From: Phycisphaerales bacterium
GTDB taxonomy: Bacteria; Planctomycetota; Phycisphaerae; WQYP01
Length of the DNA stretch: 64,000 nucleotides
Reading direction: 5' to 3'
Assembly: GCA_027451365.1 (NCBI GenBank)
Contig: DAIDJN010000056.1
Location: forward strand, 98,924 to 162,923
Of this stretch, positions 47,986 through 57,869 are shown piece after piece. The notes beneath the pieces are model-generated. The model saw only the letters and a program-made list of their open reading frames with translations, searched no databases and was not told where the DNA came from. Both the position numbers and the translations under genes were made by a program. Numbering within the stretch: position 1 is the first letter of the stretch; each line of letters opens with the position of its first letter.

Positions 47986-48885
47986 TCAATGCCCTGTTTC
48001 CTGTCGGGCCATAATTTCAGAAATCGCCGCGCTGCGCGTCGCCACGCCCAGTATGTGAAGAATATTTTCAACATGTTTTTCAATCGTGCGGCGGCTTAAA
48101 GAAAGTGTTGCCGCAATTTCCCGGTTGCTTGACCCTCGCAAAATCAGGGCCAGCACTTCGGCCTGCCGCTGTGAAAGACCGTAATTCATCAGACTCGCGA
48201 TTCCCAGATGAATCTTGCTTCGCTGCAGCCGTAGAACGAATCGATCCGCCGCCAATGCACGCATTTCCGCCATTATTTTAAGCCCGTTCACATCCAGGGC
48301 CGCCCGGATCGGCGCCCGATTAACGTCCGCTGCCACCATGGCGACCGCTGCCCAGGATTTCAGCGCGGGTGGAAGCCCGGAATCGGTCATCGGCGCAGTG
48401 GACAGACCCAGCAGTTGCCGTGCCGGCTTATTGATATACCGGATCGCTCCGGCCGATCCCACCACTATCACGCCCATATCCAGAGTGTCCAGAATATCTT
48501 TAAATTCCGACAGATCGCCGGTTAGTTCCTGGCTGAAATGCGACCCCGCCCATGCGCGGCTTATGTGTGGTTCCAATGCGCGCAAAATTTTACGGCTGTA
48601 CGCGATGGCGTTTTTATCCGTGATCCCCCCCAGTAAATCCGCCTGGGCTTGTTCCCATTCCGCGGGCGGCGTCGAATTTTCATCCGCCAGTTTCGGACGT
48701 GGGCGGCGGCCCGCAATCTTTGAATTGTCCGGATCGTTGACGGATTGATGCCCGTTCCCAACCTTTGGCTGGCGTCCGCCGGGCTTTTTGCGCAGACCGG
48801 TTTGTGCGGCTGTCAATGCGGATACATGCACCTTTACCATGGTTTCCAGCAGCAAAAACAAATCTCTTGGATTCAGCGGCAGCAT
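47986..48885 (-). CDS. PAS-domain LuxR-family transcriptional regulator
   Basis: C-terminal LuxR HTH LSQRQAEVLALILRGSSNREIAATLSLSRRTIEKHVENIL; central PAS-like region. Confidence 0.8.
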   Translation of the reverse strand: MLPLNPRDLFLLLETMVKVHVSALTAAQTGLRKKPGGRQPKVGNGHQSVNDPDNSKIAGRRPRPKLADENSTPPAEWEQAQADLLGGITDKNAIAYSRKILRALEPHISRAWAGSHFSQELTGDLSEFKDILDTLDMGVIVVGSAGAIRYINKPARQLLGLSTAPMTDSGLPPALKSWAAVAMVAADVNRAPIRAALDVNGLKIMAEMRALAADRFVLRLQRSKIHLGIASLMNYGLSQRQAEVLALILRGSSNREIAATLSLSRRTIEKHVENILHILGVATRSAAISEIMARQETGH

Positions 48886-49034
48886 GATACAACCAAATCT
48901 CTATCACTTCAGCCACGAAGAGTGCAGTTCTTCAGCCGGTTCGTATTCTACCCCATATACGGGCGTTCGCACAAAAGCCTGATTTCCCGGCGCCCGCTGG
49001 CATGTGGACCGCCGCGTCGCTGCCACCAAAGGCC

Positions 49035-50381
49035 TCATGGCTGTTTCTTCAATGTCGGCAGCGTGGGAAGTTTCAATTGGGGCGGAATTCGCGCCCGCAG
49101 CGCCCTGAACAAGGGCCGGTTAATCGCCAATGGCATTGTGCCCATGGATGCAAAATATTTCCGAAGTTGGGCATAACTGCTTGTTTTCACTGAAACCGGC
49201 GCAATGTTGTTTCGATTGGTCACCATATACCAGGCATTGTCCGTCGCGCCTCCCTGCGGTTTAATAAGTTTGTAACTCCACATGGTTGACGCCCAGCCAT
49301 AGTGGGCAAACGTGTCGTAATCCCGGCGCATCATGGCCGGGCCGCCGCTTTGCGTGTTGACCACATTAAACTCGCCAACAAATAACGATGTGCGCGCCTT
49401 TTTCAGAAAGTTTTCCACGGCCGGCAGTTGGCGGTGAATAAACAGGGATTGCATAAGCAGGCCGGGCGGCGAACCGAACAGCCCCGGATAATAATGCGCG
49501 GTATACCCGGTCTGCCGCCAGCCGTGCGATGTCGGCGCTCCCCAGAATGTGACATCTCCGGTAATCAGGCACGGCATGAAAATGACATGGTCGCGATCCA
49601 CAGCGCGCACGGCCTTGTATACCCGCGGCAGAAAGGCCTGCAGAAGCGGCACCATATTTTCATGGAAATTTCCCCACGGCTCATTCAGAAGATCATAGCC
49701 TGCCACCGTGGTGTTGCCCGCAAAATGCCGGGCGATAAGCCGCCATATGGCGATGGTACGCTGCTGATCAACCCGGCTGGACCAGAGTTTATCCCGATTG
49801 GACCGCCCCGTTGGGCCGTCCACACTTTGCCGGCCTGGCGCGGCATGCATGTCCAGCACAACATATATATGATTTTTTGCGGCAAGCCGCACGGCCCGGT
49901 CCAGCCAGCGCAGCGGGTGTTTCCGCAGGGCGTAAGGCGGCTTGGTATGTTCAATCAACTGGTAATTAAATGGAACCCGCACCAGATTGAACCCGAATGA
50001 CCGGATAATCTTAAAGTCCCGATTGCGGATAAAGTTCCTGCGGTAGGTGTGCATCAGCCCGCGCTCCGCCGGCCGGCCAAAACGCTGAACCAGAATCTGA
50101 TCCACGGAATATTGATCCGGATATGGCCACGCGTGCATCCAGGGTTCAAAAAGAAGCCAGCAGCCCAGATTGCACCCGCGCAGGATAATTGCTTTGCCGC
50201 CGGCACCGAATCGCGTCCCCTGAATCTGAATCAGGGGCATCGGTGAGCCGGTTGCAATCCGCGGGGTTTTCGGATGCGGCGGTCTGGCCCGGATGGCCGC
50301 GGACCAAATAAACGCCGCCAGGCATCCGGACAGAATATGCATAAGCCAAAGGCGTGTCGGTCGGGATACCTGCTCCTGCAT
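49035..50381 (-). CDS. GH5 glycoside hydrolase (cellulase family)
   Basis: ATG at 50381 (the track start at 50396 is TTG); signal/TM; GH5 acid/base motif YDLLNEPW and nucleophile context LFVGEFNV. Confidence 0.8.
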   Translation of the reverse strand: MQEQVSRPTRLWLMHILSGCLAAFIWSAAIRARPPHPKTPRIATGSPMPLIQIQGTRFGAGGKAIILRGCNLGCWLLFEPWMHAWPYPDQYSVDQILVQRFGRPAERGLMHTYRRNFIRNRDFKIIRSFGFNLVRVPFNYQLIEHTKPPYALRKHPLRWLDRAVRLAAKNHIYVVLDMHAAPGRQSVDGPTGRSNRDKLWSSRVDQQRTIAIWRLIARHFAGNTTVAGYDLLNEPWGNFHENMVPLLQAFLPRVYKAVRAVDRDHVIFMPCLITGDVTFWGAPTSHGWRQTGYTAHYYPGLFGSPPGLLMQSLFIHRQLPAVENFLKKARTSLFVGEFNVVNTQSGGPAMMRRDYDTFAHYGWASTMWSYKLIKPQGGATDNAWYMVTNRNNIAPVSVKTSSYAQLRKYFASMGTMPLAINRPLFRALRARIPPQLKLPTLPTLKKQP

Positions 50382-50414
50382 TGTGTCACTCCGCAAAATG
50401 AACCCGCATGCGAT

Positions 50415-51467
50415 TCAGTAACTGACTCTGACAAACAGCCCCAGAATGGTCGCATCGCTGTGCGAGCCGGTCGGCTGGGATAGCCGCGTGGCGGCAAACA
50501 CACTGTTGGCGACGCCCCCGATTTCATAATGTCCGGAACTTGGTGGTATGTGCAGCAGGCCGTTCAGCGGATAGGTGATGGTGGTGCCCACAAAAGTGCC
50601 CAGATAACCATCCCGATAACTGTGCTGGTTCACATCCAACCGTTTTTCATTATGTGTGAATGATACACTGACCGGCGAATAAATTGTCAGGCCGCCGGTA
50701 TGCGGCACCACAACTACCGGGTTAAACCCGACCTCAAAATACTGGCCCGCGCCGGAAGTATAATAGCTTCCGTCGTAATCGAACCCGACCATCACAAACG
50801 GATGAAAGGCAAAGTCGTGCAGGAATCGGTCGTCGTTGAGACTTAGACGCAGCGAAATTTCCTGGCTGTCGGTCTGCCCGCGGCCAGTATCAACATTGCT
50901 GAGCGGATTGCCGCCGGGCACAAATATCTGATTCACCGGCGTGATAAAGTTGGTGTACGCCGTATCAAAGCGGACCAGATCCATAATGTCATACTGGTAA
51001 CCGGCCGTCACATCCAGTTCAGTAAACGCGCTGGCTGGCACAAACCCCGTCTGGCCGCCGACGACGGCGGTGCCCGCGGCTCCCTGCGCCAGCCCATTGA
51101 TATAGGGCGTCCGCACGTCATTGGAATAATCCGCAAATGTTCGCAGATACAGGCTTCCAAGATGTTTCACATTCCAGGAAAGCTCCGTAATATTCTGAAT
51201 ATTGAGGCGGTTGGGTGCCACATCATGATAGCGGAACCAGTAGTCGTTGAAATAGCCCAGCTGGCTCGTCAGCCGCAAGGGGGTCAGAAATCGGTGGTAT
51301 GCGGCCAGAGTGTTCTTTGGCACAGCCACACTGCTGGTGCTGTTGGGGCCGAAGTAAAGCGTGGGCAGAGGCATCATGCCGTTATCCACGCCGGTGGCGG
51401 ACAAAGACGTTGCGGAAAACAGCAAAGCTGCGCAGGATATGCCTTGAATCAGAGCAGATTGCCGCAT
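50415..51467 (-). CDS. putative outer-membrane beta-barrel protein
   Basis: ATG at 51467 with a GGAG RBS; signal peptide; alternating hydrophobic beta-strand pattern; C-terminal aromatic ...FVRVSY. It lies 18 bp upstream of, and is co-oriented with, the GH5 gene. Confidence 0.45.
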   Translation of the reverse strand: MRQSALIQGISCAALLFSATSLSATGVDNGMMPLPTLYFGPNSTSSVAVPKNTLAAYHRFLTPLRLTSQLGYFNDYWFRYHDVAPNRLNIQNITELSWNVKHLGSLYLRTFADYSNDVRTPYINGLAQGAAGTAVVGGQTGFVPASAFTELDVTAGYQYDIMDLVRFDTAYTNFITPVNQIFVPGGNPLSNVDTGRGQTDSQEISLRLSLNDDRFLHDFAFHPFVMVGFDYDGSYYTSGAGQYFEVGFNPVVVVPHTGGLTIYSPVSVSFTHNEKRLDVNQHSYRDGYLGTFVGTTITYPLNGLLHIPPSSGHYEIGGVANSVFAATRLSQPTGSHSDATILGLFVRVSY

Positions 51468-51730
51468 CAGAGTCTCCATTGGGTCATGCCAGTTCCGCAC
51501 CGCCTTTTGACCGGCCCACAGAATAGCGGCGCGATTCCTGCGTGGCAACGCCGGCACGTCTGGCAGGAATTAGCAGCCATTAATTCCACCAACGAACACA
51601 CCAATCCCGCTGTAACAAGGCGGCGGAAAGATGATGATCGCCGGTTGAGTCGAGAGGCTCATTTCCGGTTCTGCCAGAGCGTGGTGGTGCAAGTTCCCTG
51701 CCCCACTGACCCCTTGTAGGCTAATCGCGA

Positions 51731-52405
51731 TCAGGTGGCAGATTGCACAGCGTAATCAAGGATAGCCCGGACATTTGCCAGCGAATCCGGATGCCTTACC
51801 ACTGCAGACCGATGGCCGGGCAAAAAGCCGATGACGCGGCCGCCCCAGGGTGTCACATTTTCATGGCATTGCGGAAATGTGCCGTTGGCCAGCGTGGTGG
51901 TCAACAGAACCGTTGCGGGGCAGGTTTGTTCAAGTTGAATATAAATTTCATCTTCAGGCAGTTCCATCGAGTGTAAATGGGGAATAAGTGGATGGTCGCA
52001 TTTGCAGACATCTACTCTGTAAGGGGCAACCGGGTGCACGGACGGGGGCACCTGGTAGGGGTCGTTGGCACGAACCCAACGATAGCCGACAATGGCTCTC
52101 CACCAGGGCCAATGCCAGAAGGCGGCACTCCCGCCGTGAAGCAAAATCAAGGGCTTGCCCCGTTCCAGATAGCGCCGGACATTCCTTTCAGCCGCGCCGG
52201 CGACAAGTGCCGTTGTGCCGGTACCGGCGATGAAATTCAAGATTAAAAGCGAACAATTGTCCGCAAATGTAGAAGATTCGAGGCAAGGAAATGCATTTTC
52301 TTCAAAATGAAATGTGTAGTCGGCTTGGAGCGCCTCACGAAGCGCGGCACCGGGTCGGGCACCGAAATGATCATCGGCAAGAAAATAGATCATGAACTGC
52401 TCCAT
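51731..52405 (-). CDS. ThuA-like (GATase1-like) protein
   Basis: The fold pattern resembles the trehalose-utilisation ThuA domain (...LILLHGG...); weak. Confidence 0.5.
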   Translation of the reverse strand: MEQFMIYFLADDHFGARPGAALREALQADYTFHFEENAFPCLESSTFADNCSLLILNFIAGTGTTALVAGAAERNVRRYLERGKPLILLHGGSAAFWHWPWWRAIVGYRWVRANDPYQVPPSVHPVAPYRVDVCKCDHPLIPHLHSMELPEDEIYIQLEQTCPATVLLTTTLANGTFPQCHENVTPWGGRVIGFLPGHRSAVVRHPDSLANVRAILDYAVQSAT

Positions 52406-52959
52406 AAGCCGCCATGGGCCGAATGGGCCGACAGCGATTTTTGTTTAATACTATCCAGAGCAGCGCTTGCAGGCCAGACCATTACTTGGGCGGCAGCCAA
52501 TGGGTGCCTGCGGTTGTGAATTTTGGTGTCCGAATCCGACAGTTTCAAGGTCCGCGAGGGTACTGGGGCTGGCGAGATTAATTTTTCGTATCTACGAATA
52601 GTGAAAATCTAAAATCTTTTTTGACTTCCGATAAAACATGTAGTAATCTTCACGTCGACAGGTCACCGTGCAACGACGGTTGCTCTGAGTCGGCGTTTGG
52701 CATTCAGGCATTGAATCCTGCGGACTGCGCAGCCTGGAGTGCGGAAAGCCGGGCCGAATCAAACCGCTGAATCGTTCAGTTTCACCTGTTGTTGTAAAAA
52801 ATAGAATAAATTGCAATCGTCGCGAAGGGAATGGATTTCCACGCATATTTGCGATTAAATGGATTGACACATTTAGGTGTTTGAATGTATTGGCGATGTT
52901 TGTGTGTCGCGCGGTAGCGCGGCGCGATTTATACTTTTTTTCTGGAAGGAGACTTCACC

Positions 52960-54048
52960 ATGCACGTTAAGAATAAACCGGTCCGAGTGATGGCTTTGCT
53001 GGCGGTCTGCGCCGGCGTAACGGGTCTGACCGGCGCGCATTGCGCCCGGGCAATTGCCCCGAGCGATCAGATCATTTACACCGTTGATCCTAACGCTGGT
53101 GGAACCTCGTTCCCGATTGGAAATCCGATTTATGCGGCCGTGGAGGTTGTGGCTTCCGACGGCAGCTCCGGTACGGGGAGTGTGGTGGGCAAGTACACTT
53201 CCAACGGCAATCTTTATTTTGAAGTTCTTACCGCCGCCCATGTGGTCGACAACGGCGCGCTGGTCAACGGCAATATCGGGTATGGTTCCCCGCAGCCGCC
53301 CAATGCGCTGGCCGCCCCAATGGATCCGTATCAAGTTGTCGCCACGGGAGGGAGCACCGGCAAGGAGGATATGGCCCTTCTTGCGGTAAACGTCGGCCCC
53401 ACAACGAATATCATTGATTTGGGGTTCTATGGCTTAATGACGCCCCTGACAGTTACGCCTTACGCAGTGCCAAATCCCTATACGTCCCAATCGCTTGGAT
53501 TCACGGAAATTGGTTATGGCCGCACAGGCACTGCCCAAAATTTCGCGGGCGTACCGGGCTACACGCAGACAATTCCGAGCGGAGGCACCAAAATGTTCCA
53601 GAACAACAAGGTGAATGCCATCACAACACCGACCAGCTGGGGGAGTTATACCTATCAGGGGGTGGAGTGGCTAAGCGTTGCACCAGCGAACAATAACGGA
53701 ACTGGAACATCATTCGCCGGCGATTCCGGCGGCCCATATCTGATGTCCACCAACGCGGCGGACCAGGCCACGGTCAATGTTTACGGCCGGCCTGGTGGAA
53801 CAGTGGCAATACCGATTACCACCAACGGCCTGTTCGCGATTCATACTGCGGGCTATTACAACGCGCCCAACATAAAAATGAATGCGTCGCTGAATCGCGG
53901 TGAACTGATTACCAACGCGGATCTGGGCTGGATTAACACCAATATCGGCAACACCACCCCGGTGCCTGAACCCGCTGCGCTTGCGCTGCTGACTGTTGGC
54001 GGGGTGATGCTGCTGTTGCGAAAGCGGCAGTTCAGCCAGCGATCCTAA
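52960..54048 (+). CDS. trypsin-like (S1 family) serine protease with PEP-CTERM anchor
   Basis: GGAAGGAG RBS; signal peptide; catalytic triad contexts LTAAHVV (His), EDMALLAV (Asp), FAGDSGGPYL (Ser); C-terminus PVPEPAALALLTVGGVMLLLRKRQFSQRS. Confidence 0.8.
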   Translation: MHVKNKPVRVMALLAVCAGVTGLTGAHCARAIAPSDQIIYTVDPNAGGTSFPIGNPIYAAVEVVASDGSSGTGSVVGKYTSNGNLYFEVLTAAHVVDNGALVNGNIGYGSPQPPNALAAPMDPYQVVATGGSTGKEDMALLAVNVGPTTNIIDLGFYGLMTPLTVTPYAVPNPYTSQSLGFTEIGYGRTGTAQNFAGVPGYTQTIPSGGTKMFQNNKVNAITTPTSWGSYTYQGVEWLSVAPANNNGTGTSFAGDSGGPYLMSTNAADQATVNVYGRPGGTVAIPITTNGLFAIHTAGYYNAPNIKMNASLNRGELITNADLGWINTNIGNTTPVPEPAALALLTVGGVMLLLRKRQFSQRS

Positions 54049-54114
54049 GCCTGTCGGTCTTGCGTATTGCATGTATACGTCAACATGTGTTATGTGAAAC
54101 TTCCGGAGTTTGAT

Positions 54115-55083
54115 ATGCAATGCCCAGCGACAATTTTCAAGTCCGTCGGATATTGGGCGCTTGGAAGCCTGCGCGTGGGGCCTGGATTCATGGTCGCCAT
54201 ACTTCTTCTGAGCTTCCTTTCCCTTCAGGGCTCTCTTTTGGCAGCCACCACTGCGGGGCCGACGAAAGGTGGCGACGATTTTAACACCACCAGCCTGGTC
54301 CCCACGACACCCATCAGCATCGGTCAGGGAACGACGGTGACACAATGCCCATGGATAAATACGGGTATGAATGCCTTTGTGGCGGCCAATCCAACCTGGG
54401 CCTACAGCTGGAGCACAACAGCATTGCCGGGGACTTTGGCTTACAGCAGCTATATCCCGTGGGCGGCCAATCAGCCCCCTATCACCCTTCCGGATGGCAC
54501 GGTGAATCCGAGCAAATACAGCAATGCTGAACGGGGTGGCGCGAGTTTCATTACCACGTTTAATCCGCAGGGGGGCACCGCAGTAAATGGAATTGGCTTC
54601 ATTCAAGCCTATCAGGAAACTTTTACGAATTTTGATCCCACCGCCAACGGCGGCAATGGTGCGCCCGTTAACAGCAGCGTAAGCTATGTAAAACTGGATA
54701 ACGCCGCCGTTGCAAGCAATCCCTTTTATAACACTGGTTCCGGCGGCGGTTATATAGGCGCGGCCAACCAGGGTGCGACCAATCAGACTTGGATGGAAGA
54801 CCGTCCCAACGACCCGGAACCAGCAGCCGCGGATGCGGCGGGAATTCCGGCGGCCACGGCGGCCGCCGCGGAAAATTTTATTGCCAACGTTCAGTTTCAG
54901 GTGGTTGTGGCCGTGGATACCGGTCCCAAGGCGGGGGGAGCTCAACATAACATAGTTTTGTACAACGGGTACTGGTGGGGCTATCAGTACAGCAGCACGG
55001 ATACACCGGAACCAGCGGCACTCACGCTGCTGGGGCTTGGCGGGGCGATGCTGCTGATGCAGCGCCGCCGGCGATCCGTCTGA
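54115..55083 (+). CDS. PEP-CTERM sorting domain protein
   Basis: ATG at 54115 with a GGAG RBS (the track start at 54067 is TTG); C-terminus TPEPAALTLLGLGGAMLLMQRRRRSV. Confidence 0.7.
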   Translation: MQCPATIFKSVGYWALGSLRVGPGFMVAILLLSFLSLQGSLLAATTAGPTKGGDDFNTTSLVPTTPISIGQGTTVTQCPWINTGMNAFVAANPTWAYSWSTTALPGTLAYSSYIPWAANQPPITLPDGTVNPSKYSNAERGGASFITTFNPQGGTAVNGIGFIQAYQETFTNFDPTANGGNGAPVNSSVSYVKLDNAAVASNPFYNTGSGGGYIGAANQGATNQTWMEDRPNDPEPAAADAAGIPAATAAAAENFIANVQFQVVVAVDTGPKAGGAQHNIVLYNGYWWGYQYSSTDTPEPAALTLLGLGGAMLLMQRRRRSV

Positions 55084-55379
55084 TTCGGACTCTTCTTAGG
55101 CGCTTGCTGGTAAAATTCATCCCCCGGGCGAGAGAGCGCAAGCGCCGCGTTGCCTCCCGGCAGCGCGGTGAATTTTTTTTGGATTGCCGGAAATTTCACT
55201 GCTTGTGCCGGCTGGCTGTCGACGGATCGCTTTGACCGCTTCATCGCCGGGGATGCGCCTACATAAACATTTACGCCGTCCTGCGGAAGGAACCTTATGC
55301 CGTTTGCCTGATTCGATCGGCCTAATCGTGCCGCCATAATTGGTATTGGCGAGGTGATCGTTTGCAATCGGAGGATGTA

Positions 55380-56549
55380 ATGGACATATTGAAAAACGCC
55401 TGTTCATGTCCTTGCAGCACGATGTTGCCGTTGGCGGCAATCGTCGGCATCGGTGTCTCTATATCGAATCTCGGGCAGCTAAGGGGGGATTCGGCGGACG
55501 TGATATTGCAGGCCGGCGAGCGCGGATTTGGACACTTTGATCAGAACGCGACCAATACCACGACGCGACCATCCAGTCGGGTCAGCTTTTTGGTCACACC
55601 TGCCATACAAGAGGTGTCCGCAATGGGGCCAGCGGCATGCGCCCCCACTTCAGTCGTTAATTCATTTAATTTTCTGCAAGCACAATACTATCTTTCCAGC
55701 CTGTACAGCGTCGGCGACCCATATTCGACCATCAGTCGTTTGGCTTCGGGAACATATATGGGAACTACTCCAGGCGTTGCGAATCCCAACTCGCAGACCG
55801 GTTATATTGGCGGCGGAACATTTCCAGAGAATTTCGTGCTGGGAAAGGAGAAATACCTGCAAAACATACCCGGTGGAATCACCGGACCAACCGGCCAGCA
55901 TTATGCCATTCAAACAGTTGGGCAGGTTGCGGGTCAGTACAGCAGTCTGCAGGCGTACAACGGCACCGGCCAGCCATTCACTCAGGCTGTGAATGGCCCC
56001 TGGATGGGTGGCGTATCCAATCAAATTCCAAGTGCGCAGTTTATTTTCCAACAACTCAAGGCGAACGAGGATGTTGAGATGTTCTTTGCCTGGACCGATG
56101 CAAACGGCAGCAATCCGCGGCCAGGTCATGTGGTTACGCTGACCCAAATCAACTACAACCAGACACAAAATTCAGGAACCCTGAGTTTTGTGGCTCCAAC
56201 GAACAGTATCAATGTTGGCACAAATGCGAACCCAATATATTCGTACGCGCATGGCACTGGTGACGCACCGGATATCACCAGTCTTACCCTCACCCAAATG
56301 CCCAATGGTTATCTCCGGTTCAGCTATGCGGGCGGCGCGGCGAACGTTTCCGCGGACGATAACAGTGGTGGTTCGGCCTACGGCATCGTCGTAGCCGCCA
56401 TTGCCGAAAGTCCCATCCCAATTCCGGAACCGGCAAGCCTGTCGCTTCGCGCAATTGCCATGATTGGCTTCGCATTGCCGCGACGGAATATTTCACCGCG
56501 CTGTTCCTGTGAAAATTTCCTCCGACATGGGAACGCGCCCGGCATCTGA
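55380..56549 (+). CDS. PEP-CTERM sorting domain protein with extended tail
   Basis: ATG at 55380 with a GGAGG RBS; PIPEPASLSLRAIAMIGFALPRRN followed by 19 extra residues before the stop. Confidence 0.6.
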   Translation: MDILKNACSCPCSTMLPLAAIVGIGVSISNLGQLRGDSADVILQAGERGFGHFDQNATNTTTRPSSRVSFLVTPAIQEVSAMGPAACAPTSVVNSFNFLQAQYYLSSLYSVGDPYSTISRLASGTYMGTTPGVANPNSQTGYIGGGTFPENFVLGKEKYLQNIPGGITGPTGQHYAIQTVGQVAGQYSSLQAYNGTGQPFTQAVNGPWMGGVSNQIPSAQFIFQQLKANEDVEMFFAWTDANGSNPRPGHVVTLTQINYNQTQNSGTLSFVAPTNSINVGTNANPIYSYAHGTGDAPDITSLTLTQMPNGYLRFSYAGGAANVSADDNSGGSAYGIVVAAIAESPIPIPEPASLSLRAIAMIGFALPRRNISPRCSCENFLRHGNAPGI

Positions 56550-56808
56550 CAGACAGTTGTCAGTGGCATACGACATTTCGAAGTTCTGCGCTGGTCACAG
56601 TCATTCGCCACCCGCGTCCATGCGGGAGAATGGAGTGTGATACATGAAATAATAACATCAATTGTGCGCGAGCCTGCGTGGATGCTTATCGCTAAACCGC
56701 CTGCGCTCGCGCAAGGGAGAACGGGGTTTTGTCACACACGCCAATGCGCGGGGACGTTCCCCGTGCAATTCGGCGCTGTGGATCGCCTTTCTTTTTAAGG
56801 ATTGTTTT

Positions 56809-57462
56809 ATGAAAACCACACTCATTACTTTATCCGTCGCCGCTGTCGCTTTACCGGCCGGCATCAGCATTGCCGCGCCAATCGGCGTGGGCGACCCGCC
56901 GGCCGGGACGCCACCCATCAGCATTGTCGTCACAGAGGCCAAAGCCAACAGCAGCATTATTATTACGGAAGGAACCGGAACATCATTCAACGCTGTGGTG
57001 GCCGTAGCCAGCGGGCCGGATGGCGTGCCGGAATATTCCACGGGTGGCATCTTCCTGCAGGCCGGGGATATTTACTGGCTTAATCCGACCGGCATTTTGC
57101 CCACTATTTCGGACATGATGCGCATATATCCTAGCGCGGGCAACACCGGCGACACTTTTTCCGTATTTTCCGCCAGCTATCCGGAAGACGGGCAGGAAGA
57201 CCCCGCTTCCAAACCGCTCCCGGACAGTCCTTACGATGTCAATGCTCTGCCGGGCGGTCTGTTTCCGGTCAGTTCCGCGGGTACGGCCAATTATGCCAGC
57301 GTCCAGGAAAACGGTACCTACGTTTCGCCCGGGGGCAACGGAAGTGCCGGCAGTTTTACCTTCAACAGCGACCATGATGTCGTGCCCGAACCCGCCAGCA
57401 TCGGGCTGATCGCCGCAGCGGGCGGAATGCTTCTGCTGTCCCGGCGTCGTCGGACGGTCTGA
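56809..57462 (+). CDS. PEP-CTERM sorting domain protein
   Basis: ATG at 56809 with an AAGGA RBS (the track ORF starts at TTG 56662); signal peptide MKTTLITLSVAAVALPAG; C-terminus VVPEPASIGLIAAAGGMLLLSRRRRTV. Confidence 0.75.
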   Translation: MKTTLITLSVAAVALPAGISIAAPIGVGDPPAGTPPISIVVTEAKANSSIIITEGTGTSFNAVVAVASGPDGVPEYSTGGIFLQAGDIYWLNPTGILPTISDMMRIYPSAGNTGDTFSVFSASYPEDGQEDPASKPLPDSPYDVNALPGGLFPVSSAGTANYASVQENGTYVSPGGNGSAGSFTFNSDHDVVPEPASIGLIAAAGGMLLLSRRRRTV

Positions 57463-57869
57463 AAATAATCTTGGGAAACCACGCCTTTCCAGAGGGAGAG
57501 GAGAGTGTCACATCTTGTACCCGTGCGCCAGTCATCGGCCGCGATGAATTCCATGAATGCTGTATACCTGACATGAATGCTTATGCGACCACCGCAAAAT
57601 CCGGCTGGTGTCTGAACATTTTATAAAATGGATTCTAAAACATGGCGCTGATGCATCATCCTGCCGCGCTATCCGAGATGCGTAAGATGTTATCGGCCAT
57701 CTGAAAAATTCTACGGATCGGTCGCGGCCTTATTGCACATCGCCAAAATAGAGTAATATGCAATCGGCCTGCTGCCGGCCGATAGACGCAACTTCGCCCG
57801 CAGCCGCCTAAAATGTAACGTGCGGGCATGTGCCGGTTTTGGGACTCCGGAGGCAGCCGCAAAAGGACC

